The notes below the pieces were generated by a model. The model had not been told where the DNA came from and searched no databases. It saw only the letters and a list, made by a program, of their open reading frames with translations. Source: a virus (lineage: Duplodnaviria; Heunggongvirae; Uroviricota; Caudoviricetes). From it: a stretch of 64,000 nucleotides of DNA. Location of the stretch: positions 26,755-90,754 of the IMG/VR virus record IMGVR_UViG_3300035182_000695; one strand, given 5' to 3'. Below, piece by piece: positions 51,822 to 59,841 of the stretch; the first letter of the stretch is position 1, and each line of letters begins with the position of its first letter. The position numbers were made by a program, and so were the translations under genes.

Positions 51822-53009
51822 CTAGTTTAATATCTCGAAATAAACATCTTCAAAAGTAACTGATACTGACGCTGATGGATTTACCCAAGCCCAATTAAAA
51901 TTTATTGATTGAGCAATAGTAGTATTATAATTAAAATTACTAATATTTGGATTTATAGCATTTTTTACAACCCTAGTACTACTTTCACACTCTATATATA
52001 AACTAGCGTTTAAAGTAGATGATATTCCTAAAGATGTCCATACCATATCCGCTTGACCTCTGAATCCTCTGCTTGTTTGATTATTTTCAAACTGCATATT
52101 CGCTAATCTAACTGTATTTGAACCCGCTTGTAACCTTAAATTTACTTCACTACTACCAGCACCAGTACTGTAACGACCTCTAAAAGTAACCCTTAAACGC
52201 TTACCTACAACTAAACTATTTGCGGGAATAGTATAAGTATATCCAGTTCCAGTTATATTTGTTGGTACACCAGTATTACCAACTGTATTTGAAACACCGT
52301 TTGAGCCTCCTAAAAAACCCGATAATACTTTGTTCCCAATTAATTGTTGTTCAATTAATGATTTTCTGACGCTGTCATTCCACGCCATTCCTTCTGTTAA
52401 AGTTCCGATATAAGGCGTTTGAGGTTGAAGAAATAATGTTGGTCGTGAAGCGTCACCACCCATTAAATCTAACTTAGCTACTGGAATAGATGTTCCGCCT
52501 ATAATTGCATTCAAAACATCAATTTGAAGTGCTGCGCCAACGCCGCTAGATTGAGACAGGCGCAGTTTTCCGTTTACATTAATTTTATCTGTTAATCCTG
52601 GCGTAACGCCAAACCCCATAGCTCCATTACCCATAACGTATATAGTGTTACCTACAGGCGCCAATGAGTTCGTTAGTGTTATGTTTATATCTGTTGGATT
52701 TGTGCCGCCGCCTTTTACAACTAACTGTCCGTTTACTGTGTCCCAACTGAAATTAGCGTCAGTAGAAACGAATCCATTTACATCAGTAACTAAAACTTTA
52801 TTCGCTAATAGAGTTCCGAACTGTGCTGATAAACTATAAACTTGAGTTCCGGTATCAATAAATACACGCTTAGATACCGTATCGTACATAAGCCTTCCAA
52901 TAGTAGCAGGATTAGCAGCAGGAATAACTGCAAGATTTTCAATTCTTGTATTCTTCGCTTCGTTTCCTGACAAATCAACATTTACGCCTATTTCTTTATT
53001 ACCTGCCAT
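51822..53009 (-). CDS. tail fibre-like protein
   Basis: 395 aa; G/T/N/S-rich. Confidence 0.5.
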   Translation of the reverse strand: MAGNKEIGVNVDLSGNEAKNTRIENLAVIPAANPATIGRLMYDTVSKRVFIDTGTQVYSLSAQFGTLLANKVLVTDVNGFVSTDANFSWDTVNGQLVVKGGGTNPTDINITLTNSLAPVGNTIYVMGNGAMGFGVTPGLTDKINVNGKLRLSQSSGVGAALQIDVLNAIIGGTSIPVAKLDLMGGDASRPTLFLQPQTPYIGTLTEGMAWNDSVRKSLIEQQLIGNKVLSGFLGGSNGVSNTVGNTGVPTNITGTGYTYTIPANSLVVGKRLRVTFRGRYSTGAGSSEVNLRLQAGSNTVRLANMQFENNQTSRGFRGQADMVWTSLGISSTLNASLYIECESSTRVVKNAINPNISNFNYNTTIAQSINFNWAWVNPSASVSVTFEDVYFEILN

Positions 53010-53012
53010 ACT

Positions 53013-53564
53013 CTAGTTACAATATACCCAACCTGTTGTTGGTTTATTAAGTGTTATTATTACTTCATTGTTATCACTCCAAAAAACTTTAGCTAGTATC
53101 TCATTGAACAAATCATCAACGACTTGAACAGAACAACGCTTATTTAAGTTATGAGAAACATTCCAAGTTGTTGAAGGTGCGACTTGATGAAACACGAAAT
53201 TTTTATCGCCTGTTACCGGCGGCGTAACTAATAAACCAGATACAGTCCATTCGTTTTGACTAGCTACATTGCATTTTAAATTAGCTCCATCGCTAGTTAT
53301 TACAATACTAGGGTTATTGTTTACTAAATTGCCTAAAGAGCCTACTATTGTAAGATTATTTGTGCCGAATGTATTTGTAACATCGTTTATGTAAACGCAA
53401 CGAGAAGCGTAAAGTAAATTTCCGCTTTGAATGTTTTGTAAAAATAAAGTTACTGGACCAAGAGTTGTATCAACATTAATGACATCATAAGTATCCATTA
53501 TAGCACCCGAAAATGGTCCTTTTATTTGGATTACATTTTTGGGTGATATATTGTTTTGATTCAT
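53013..53564 (-). CDS. short tail fibre / receptor-binding protein with shared N-terminal module
   Basis: 183 aa; the N-terminal 120 aa are ~85% identical to 42663..43937 (MxxxNISPKNVIQIxGPFSGAIMDTYDVINVDTTLG...). Confidence 0.55.
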   Translation of the reverse strand: MNQNNISPKNVIQIKGPFSGAIMDTYDVINVDTTLGPVTLFLQNIQSGNLLYASRCVYINDVTNTFGTNNLTIVGSLGNLVNNNPSIVITSDGANLKCNVASQNEWTVSGLLVTPPVTGDKNFVFHQVAPSTTWNVSHNLNKRCSVQVVDDLFNEILAKVFWSDNNEVIITLNKPTTGWVYCN

Positions 53565-53565
53565 A

Positions 53566-53799
53566 TTAGTCAGTTAATATTTCTTTTATAGTTATCTCTC
53601 GAACGAACTTGTTGCCCTGTGTTAAATATATGTAGAATTTAGGGCTAAACTCTTCATCTACTGGTTTCATTATAACAAAGAAATCTTTATGACTACAATT
53701 TAATTCGATTGAGATATTCTCTAACGCATTTTGAATTGTATCGAATGTAGCTTTTTCTTTGTTAATTAAGCCACCCATCATTTCATCTAAAAGTCCCAT
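53566..53799 (-). CDS. hypothetical protein
   Basis: 77-aa ORF. Confidence 0.45.
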   Translation of the reverse strand: MGLLDEMMGGLINKEKATFDTIQNALENISIELNCSHKDFFVIMKPVDEEFSPKFYIYLTQGNKFVREITIKEILTD

Positions 53800-53883
53800 A
53801 CTGATTTATTTTTTATTGGTTTATATTAATTACAAACATAATAAAAAAGAACGTCTTTTTTCTCAAAACAATTCAACAAGTTA

Positions 53884-54393
53884 TTAAACTTTTTCTTTCT
53901 TAGCGGCTAGTATTTGCTTTAACGTCGTTTCATATATGTATGGAATTCCAACAGAGAATCCCCAAATAGAAACTTTAAGCTTAATGTCTAGTTTTATTTT
54001 TAAATCTTTTGAGCTTATCGCAACATCTAATAAACTTCTCCCTATCGTATCTAAAAGCTTCTTAGGGTCAAAATTTACATTAACAGCAATATCACTCGTC
54101 TGCTTAGCTTCGATAGTGTTAGAAGAGTAATTTACAATTTTTGTTACAAAAACATTGTTGATGTAAACTTTGTAGTCCTGTTCTTTTATCTCAAATTTTA
54201 TATCACTCTTATTTGTGAACAATAAAAATAAATCTAAGTTTACATTATTAAGAGAAGCATTGTTTACTTTCATTCGCTTGAACTTAATAACATAATTCAT
54301 AATCTTTTTATATTGTGAATACAATATTGCTCCAGTAATACTAACCAATCCTATGGCGCACATTATAATATGTTTTTTTTCTATCTTCATCAT
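53884..54393 (-). CDS. membrane-anchored protein
   Basis: 169 aa; N-terminal TM. Confidence 0.45.
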   Translation of the reverse strand: MMKIEKKHIIMCAIGLVSITGAILYSQYKKIMNYVIKFKRMKVNNASLNNVNLDLFLLFTNKSDIKFEIKEQDYKVYINNVFVTKIVNYSSNTIEAKQTSDIAVNVNFDPKKLLDTIGRSLLDVAISSKDLKIKLDIKLKVSIWGFSVGIPYIYETTLKQILAAKKEKV

Positions 54394-54402
54394 AATTAAA
54401 AT

Positions 54403-55128
54403 TTAACTTTCGTTTTTTAGTTTTTCTAATTTTTTAGCATTAAACTTAGACATATTGTACTTACCTCTCTTAACTCCTAACCTTTGCGAAGTCATCAACG
54501 CTTTCGTTTCTTCGGAAAATTTCTTTCCAAGTTTTGCTTTTCTCATTAATAATATAGAAGCTTCTGAGTTTTTTCTACCTCTAATTTTAATCAATCTCTT
54601 TTCAATCCTTTCTTTCGATTGTTTTTTTCCTTTATTTGCAAGTATAATTAGCTGCTTTGTTTCCTGTGTGTGAATTCTACCTTTGCTTGATATTCCTATA
54701 TTTTTTCTATGCTCCTCTGAAAACGCAATTCCTTTACGGCCATTACTTATGTTTTTTCTATGCTTTTCTGATTTAGGAATTCCTTTTGAACGAGATGAAA
54801 GTTTATCTTTAGTTGTTTGACTTACAAAATTTGAGCCCTGTCCTCCAATCGCAGAATTAGTTAGTTTAAATCCCCATTGTTTAAATTGAGCAATCCAATA
54901 TATTTCCCAAAATTCCCAATCTTCTACCGAAACCTCATCGATTATTTCCATAACGGGAAGTAGTCCATTTACTCTTAGTGATTTTATCCACCTATCTTTA
55001 TGGCTATCTTTATTGTCTTTTCGTAAATGACCTCCTAATCTTTTTTTTAGACTGTTAGCTTTTCCAATATATCTAACTTCACCATTTCTAGGGTCGCTTA
55101 AAGAATATATGTATGAAATATCTAACAT
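54403..55128 (-). CDS. GIY-YIG homing endonuclease with NUMOD3-like repeats
   Basis: 241 aa; YIYSLSDPRNGEVRYIGKANSLKKRLGGH (GIY...YIG...R); C-terminal repeats S(E/K)(E/K)HRKNI. Confidence 0.65.
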   Translation of the reverse strand: MLDISYIYSLSDPRNGEVRYIGKANSLKKRLGGHLRKDNKDSHKDRWIKSLRVNGLLPVMEIIDEVSVEDWEFWEIYWIAQFKQWGFKLTNSAIGGQGSNFVSQTTKDKLSSRSKGIPKSEKHRKNISNGRKGIAFSEEHRKNIGISSKGRIHTQETKQLIILANKGKKQSKERIEKRLIKIRGRKNSEASILLMRKAKLGKKFSEETKALMTSQRLGVKRGKYNMSKFNAKKLEKLKNES

Positions 55129-55129
55129 T

Positions 55130-55285
55130 TTATTTAAGTTTTATTTTTTTAATCTCATTCATAAGAATAGTAGTAACGCCAATAAATCCAAGAACAACTA
55201 TACCAAACTTAATGTAGTTTATGTATTGAAGTCTTTTTACTTTTTTTTCAAGTAATGCGATTCTTTCTTCGTTAGTGCTTTCCAT
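55130..55285 (-). CDS. mini membrane protein, 51 aa (not in the ORF track)
   Basis: MESTNEERIALLEKKVKRLQYINYIKFGIVVLGFIGVTTILMNEIKKIKLK; paralog of 55289..55441. Confidence 0.3.
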   Translation of the reverse strand: MESTNEERIALLEKKVKRLQYINYIKFGIVVLGFIGVTTILMNEIKKIKLK

Positions 55286-55288
55286 AAT

Positions 55289-55441
55289 TTAAGGTTTTTT
55301 CTTAGCGAAAAATTGTGCGATTGAAACTATACCAAAAAACGCAGCTATTACAGCAGCAGTTTGAATGTAGCTTTGATACTTAATGTTTTTCACATCTTTT
55401 CGTATCTCTTCTAGTATCGGGTCTTGATTAAGAATAGGCAT
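55289..55441 (-). CDS. mini membrane protein, 50 aa (not in the ORF track)
   Basis: MPILNQDPILEEIRKDVKNIKYQSYIQTAAVIAAFFGIVSIAQFFAKKKP; ATG overlaps the upstream stop (TAATG). Confidence 0.3.
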   Translation of the reverse strand: MPILNQDPILEEIRKDVKNIKYQSYIQTAAVIAAFFGIVSIAQFFAKKKP

Positions 55442-55980
55442 TATTTTCCTTTTTTAGATTTGTTTTTATAAATAACATACGCAACAATTCCTCCAACTAC
55501 TAATAGCACGCCAACTCCAATACTGATTTTAACAGCGGTACTCATAGCCGGCTTATCTGTTGTTTCTGTTGCTGATTTAGCTAATGCGGCAGCAATTGCT
55601 TTATCGCTTTCTGTTTCGTTTCCTAACGTAGAAGCAACTTGTCTTTGCGTTTCAGCTTGACTTAATTTAGCTTCTGTTCTGCCTGCTTTTGAATAAGCAC
55701 GAGATTGAGCGCCTAGATTTCTTCTATCGTTTCTTTGTGCTTTTGAATCTTCACGCAAAGCTCTACGTCTAGCACGTTCATTTTTATCAAGAATAGTTCC
55801 TGAGCCAAAACCTCCACGGCGTTTTTTTCTTTTTTTACCTGATGCGTAAGAGAAATCTCCATCCGCACTTGAATAAAAATTATCTTCGTCGTAAGGATTA
55901 CCTTTCATTGCATTCATCGGCATAACTACATCGTAGTTAAGTACCTCGCCATCCATGTTGCTAAAATCTCTGAATTCCAT
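55441..55980 (-). CDS. C-terminally membrane-anchored basic protein
   Basis: 179 aa; ...DGDFSYASGKKRKKRRGGFGSG... ending in a TM helix. Paralog of 63598..64000. Confidence 0.5.
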   Translation of the reverse strand: MEFRDFSNMDGEVLNYDVVMPMNAMKGNPYDEDNFYSSADGDFSYASGKKRKKRRGGFGSGTILDKNERARRRALREDSKAQRNDRRNLGAQSRAYSKAGRTEAKLSQAETQRQVASTLGNETESDKAIAAALAKSATETTDKPAMSTAVKISIGVGVLLVVGGIVAYVIYKNKSKKGK

Positions 55981-55981
55981 T

Positions 55982-56677
55982 TTATTTCTTTTTTAATTGT
56001 GTGTAAAGTATATATGCGCTAACAATCAATACTGATGTTATAACTATTGTTGTTATAGGATTATTTTTCGCTAACTTAGCTCCTTTTTTAATACCGTCAA
56101 TCGGCATTTTCGCTAAGTCATTTATAAACCCATTTATTTTATTCGCCTGTTGAACTATAAGACTATTGCCTGTGTCTAATCGTGATTGTATTGCAATCTT
56201 TGTTAACTCATCAGGATTAGTTATTCCTTTAACAACAGCGTCGTTTATAGGCGCTGCGAATTTCTTAAACCAGCCTGGTCCATTCCAAGCTGCGTAACTG
56301 AAATGAAAAACTAATCTAGGGTCTGCATTAACGATTTCTTGAGCTTTAGAGTTAAGATAGTTCTGTGAATCCTTTAAATAAACAGGGTACATAACTTTCG
56401 TTGCTAAATCTTTTAACTTCGAGTTAAGTTCGCCGCCTTTATAGTTCCACTTCCATACTGATTGATTTTTATTTTTATCAATCGTGTTCCAAAAATCGAT
56501 ACCGGCTGGAGTAGTGTTTATGCTACCGCCAGCCTTTCTATCGATTCCGAACATTGTTTCTCCGCTAGACGAATATCTACTATCGCCAGTACTATGCCAA
56601 GAAGGATTGTAATATCCGCCTTCTAGTCTGTCAATGACTTCTTTTGTTACTTTAGAGAATCCGTCTTCGCTAATCAT
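55982..56677 (-). CDS. GH108-like muramidase with a C-terminal TM anchor
   Basis: 231 aa; VIDRLEGGYYNP...GETMFGID resembles the GH108 N-terminal catalytic motif (EGGY...GG.T..GI). C-terminal hydrophobic helix. Confidence 0.4.
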   Translation of the reverse strand: MISEDGFSKVTKEVIDRLEGGYYNPSWHSTGDSRYSSSGETMFGIDRKAGGSINTTPAGIDFWNTIDKNKNQSVWKWNYKGGELNSKLKDLATKVMYPVYLKDSQNYLNSKAQEIVNADPRLVFHFSYAAWNGPGWFKKFAAPINDAVVKGITNPDELTKIAIQSRLDTGNSLIVQQANKINGFINDLAKMPIDGIKKGAKLAKNNPITTIVITSVLIVSAYILYTQLKKK

Positions 56678-56695
56678 TATTTTATTTTTTAAACT

Positions 56696-57343
56696 TTAGT
56701 TTTGAATTAAAGTTCCGTTTGCTACAACTTTGTAATTTACTCCGTTCGTGCCTGTGATGAATAACCAAAACAATCTTCCGTCAGAAGTTTTTTCAACTTT
56801 CTTTACAGTACCTAAAAGCATTCCCTTTTGAGCATTTCCTGATAGCTGATTTGACATATTATAAATTTTAGTTACAGCGCCAGCATAAACTTTTTTTCCA
56901 TTCGCTGCGTTAATATCTCCTGCTAATAAATCAGTAGCAGAAACTTTGTAGCCGCTACCGCTATTATTAGAAGTAGCAGACGTGTTTGATTTTGTAAAAT
57001 CAGAGCCATAAGTTTTAAAAGCTTTCGCTGTCTTTTGACCCCACTCACCATCCTCTTTCAAGGCAGGCTTAATTCCTTTTGCATTTGCAAATTTTTGGAA
57101 TTTTAAAATGTCTTCTTTTTTAGTCAATGCTCCGCTACCAGCAGTAACAACATTACCAGAAGTGTGTACGCTAGTTATAGGCTTTGAACCGCCGGAAGAA
57201 ACATTTTTATTTTCCTCTTCTGGAGTCTGTGTTGTTGAGTCATCTTCGTCTTGCTTTCGCTTCCAAAAGATATACCCAACAACACCACCTATAACAAGAA
57301 GACTTCCTATAATCAGGACTTTCTTTCTTGTTGACTTCTCCAT
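56696..57343 (-). CDS. membrane-anchored peptidoglycan-binding-domain protein
   Basis: 215 aa; N-terminal TM; DILKFQKFANAKGIKPALKEDGEWGQKTAKAFKTYG = PG_binding_1-like. Confidence 0.4.
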   Translation of the reverse strand: MEKSTRKKVLIIGSLLVIGGVVGYIFWKRKQDEDDSTTQTPEEENKNVSSGGSKPITSVHTSGNVVTAGSGALTKKEDILKFQKFANAKGIKPALKEDGEWGQKTAKAFKTYGSDFTKSNTSATSNNSGSGYKVSATDLLAGDINAANGKKVYAGAVTKIYNMSNQLSGNAQKGMLLGTVKKVEKTSDGRLFWLFITGTNGVNYKVVANGTLIQN

Positions 57344-57347
57344 TTTT

Positions 57348-57566
57348 TTACTTTTTAGCTGTTACTGTTTGTGCTGTTGGAACGCCCGCTTTAGCTTTCA
57401 TTTTACCTTGAATCATAGCTCCTGCTACAACTCCAACAATTGCTAATGCGCCTAAAGCCCATTTGTTTTCAACTTTACCGAATTTTTTCGCTGCGAAAAA
57501 AACGGCAACTCCACCAGCGATTGCGCCAATTGGATTTCCTGTGATTTTTGATACTTGCTCTTTCAT
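57348..57566 (-). CDS. holin-like small membrane protein (2 TM, charged C-terminus)
   Basis: 72 aa, immediately upstream of the PG-binding and GH108-like genes. Confidence 0.35.
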   Translation of the reverse strand: MKEQVSKITGNPIGAIAGGVAVFFAAKKFGKVENKWALGALAIVGVVAGAMIQGKMKAKAGVPTAQTVTAKK

Positions 57567-57607
57567 TTTGTTTTTGTTTTTATGGTTTTTGTTTTGATTT
57601 ATTTAAT

Positions 57608-57997
57608 TTATATTCCAACTACCCCTGACGCTCCCCATCTTCCGTTGTAGCCAATTCTTAATAATGCTACGCCGTTATCAAATTGTAAATTTGCTTTTTC
57701 TTTACCGTTGATTAAATCAGCGACTGGGAAAGCTTCTGATTTAAACCCGTTAATTGTGATGTCTGCCGCTTTATTATTCAAATCTACAATGAATATTTTA
57801 GCGTTAAATAAGCCGTTAAAGCTTTTAATTTGAGGTAATTGAATGTCAACTTTACCTAATGAAGTATCGCACAAAATACGAACTTCGCTACTTGTTTCAA
57901 CATTTAAACTACTGTTACGAACTGATAACGCATAGTTGCCAGCTACTAATTTTACTACTCCGTTTCCGTTTAAAGGAACATTGATGATTTCTGCCAT
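57608..57997 (-). CDS. small structural protein with the shared N-terminal module
   Basis: 129 aa; ...VRILCDTSLGKVDIQLPQIKSFNG... Confidence 0.45.
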   Translation of the reverse strand: MAEIINVPLNGNGVVKLVAGNYALSVRNSSLNVETSSEVRILCDTSLGKVDIQLPQIKSFNGLFNAKIFIVDLNNKAADITINGFKSEAFPVADLINGKEKANLQFDNGVALLRIGYNGRWGASGVVGI

Positions 57998-58039
57998 GGT
58001 TTTTTGTTTTTGATTGTTTATATTTTATTTTATTTTTAT

Positions 58040-58618
58040 TTAGTATGTTGGTATTGCATTGAAATAATTTGCTAATGCTGGATGCCATTTACCTTCTGAT
58101 AAGAATGGAATCGCTAAATCATATTTTGTTTTATCTGAAAATGCTGCGTATGTAACGCTGTTCAATGCGCTCTCGCCTTTCATCGCTTCAAACAACCCTT
58201 CTTTAAACTGAGCATTATAAACTTTATCTATAAATGCAAGCGTGTTTTTATTTTTAATTCTAGCCAAAGCTTTCATAAATGCTTTAACATCAGTACCCCC
58301 GCCTTTCATTGCGGAATAAAGTTCAACTACTGTATTTGCTATTGCTTTTTTTATTAAAGCGTTTTTATATGCCCCATATAAATTATCAATTTTCATTTTA
58401 TTCAAATCTATTTTAGTGCCACGGACTAACTCCATTCCACTATCAGTAGCTTGACTTATATCAACTTGGCTAGGCATTTTTGCGACATAATCTAAAATAG
58501 CCGTTGCATCTTTTTGATTTTTGTTTCTGTAATATAATAAAATACCAATCGCAACAACTGACAAGCTAATGCCGATTGCTACTTTTTTTTGTCTTGGTGT
58601 TAATTTACTTAAATTCAT
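58040..58618 (-). CDS. membrane-anchored protein
   Basis: 192 aa; N-terminal TM. Confidence 0.45.
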   Translation of the reverse strand: MNLSKLTPRQKKVAIGISLSVVAIGILLYYRNKNQKDATAILDYVAKMPSQVDISQATDSGMELVRGTKIDLNKMKIDNLYGAYKNALIKKAIANTVVELYSAMKGGGTDVKAFMKALARIKNKNTLAFIDKVYNAQFKEGLFEAMKGESALNSVTYAAFSDKTKYDLAIPFLSEGKWHPALANYFNAIPTY

Positions 58619-58630
58619 TTTATTTTAATA

Positions 58631-59050
58631 TTATATTAATGCTGCTTTAGTAGCCGCTCCAACTGCTTTTGCAGGGTCTTTCCCAATATTGAATATAATC
58701 ATAGCTAGCCCGCCAATAACTATTACGCCAACTGCTAATGTTGCGTATTTTCCAACTTTCAAAACACTACTTACCGAATCCGCAATGCTTCCTCCTGCGT
58801 CAACAACATTATCCCAAACACTTTCGTTTATTACAATATTGTATTTATCTTTTAAATGCTGTCTAATCGCACGAGTGTTAGCATTTCTACTACCTCTTTT
58901 CTCCCAAACATTTATAAATATTTGTTTCCCTAAACCGCTTCCGTATTTGCCAATAACAAAGTCAGACCATCTAATCCAATCAGCATCCGAACTTTTTACA
59001 GTTGGCATAGTCTGAATCGCTTTTAATTTTTGTATATCTTGTTGCGCCAT
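58631..59050 (-). CDS. C-terminally membrane-anchored protein
   Basis: 139 aa. Confidence 0.45.
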   Translation of the reverse strand: MAQQDIQKLKAIQTMPTVKSSDADWIRWSDFVIGKYGSGLGKQIFINVWEKRGSRNANTRAIRQHLKDKYNIVINESVWDNVVDAGGSIADSVSSVLKVGKYATLAVGVIVIGGLAMIIFNIGKDPAKAVGAATKAALI

Positions 59051-59063
59051 TGTCTTAATAATA

Positions 59064-59840
59064 TTAATTTATGAAACCGGTCAACCCTTCTAAATTTATA
59101 AAAAATCCACCAAGTGAATTTACGTCGTGTGCGTTTACTGAAAAAGGATTAACATTTGCAGATGCGGGTATTGAGAAAGGAGCATCATCGCTAGCTGCAA
59201 TGTAATCGTTTGCTGGTTGACCGCCCGTAACTTTACTAATTAAAAATGCTAATGGGTCATTTGCAAATAATGGACTATTATTAAATCCTCCAAACTCTTC
59301 ATTGAAAGGTGAAAATAAAGCTAATGAGCCAATTCCAAATCCAAGAGAACTTTGTGCTGTTGTAACTAACGAACATATTCTCAATGTTACCAAAGACCTA
59401 TAAAGAACTACCGGATTCCCAAACCCTCCAACAAATCTTCTCGTCGCTATAACATTTGTAAAGTTTATATCTCTTGCTACTGGCGTTGCAATAGTTGGGA
59501 AATTTTTTGCAGTTGATGTGTTTCCAGTCAAGAATATGCCTTGTCGTCCGTATAATGTATTGCCATTTGCATTTATCATTACACTAGCATTTAGACCACT
59601 TGTATCTAATGTAGCATTACCAACATCTCGATAACTATTCGCATTTGTAATGTAGTTTGCGGTAGCAAATCCATCTAATGGAATGAATAATAAACCACGA
59701 AGAGATATTTTATTTCCGTCAATAGAATATTGAGGCAAAATTCCACTAGCTTTAGCTGCCGGATAGTCATAGTAATTTAAGTTAAGAACATCGTTCCATA
59801 CTGTTGCACCTTGTGCTGGTAGTTCTGTATATGTTATCAT
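59064..59840 (-). CDS. structural (tail-associated) protein
   Basis: 258 aa; G/N/S/T-rich. Confidence 0.5.
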   Translation of the reverse strand: MITYTELPAQGATVWNDVLNLNYYDYPAAKASGILPQYSIDGNKISLRGLLFIPLDGFATANYITNANSYRDVGNATLDTSGLNASVMINANGNTLYGRQGIFLTGNTSTAKNFPTIATPVARDINFTNVIATRRFVGGFGNPVVLYRSLVTLRICSLVTTAQSSLGFGIGSLALFSPFNEEFGGFNNSPLFANDPLAFLISKVTGGQPANDYIAASDDAPFSIPASANVNPFSVNAHDVNSLGGFFINLEGLTGFIN

Positions 59841-59841
59841 C

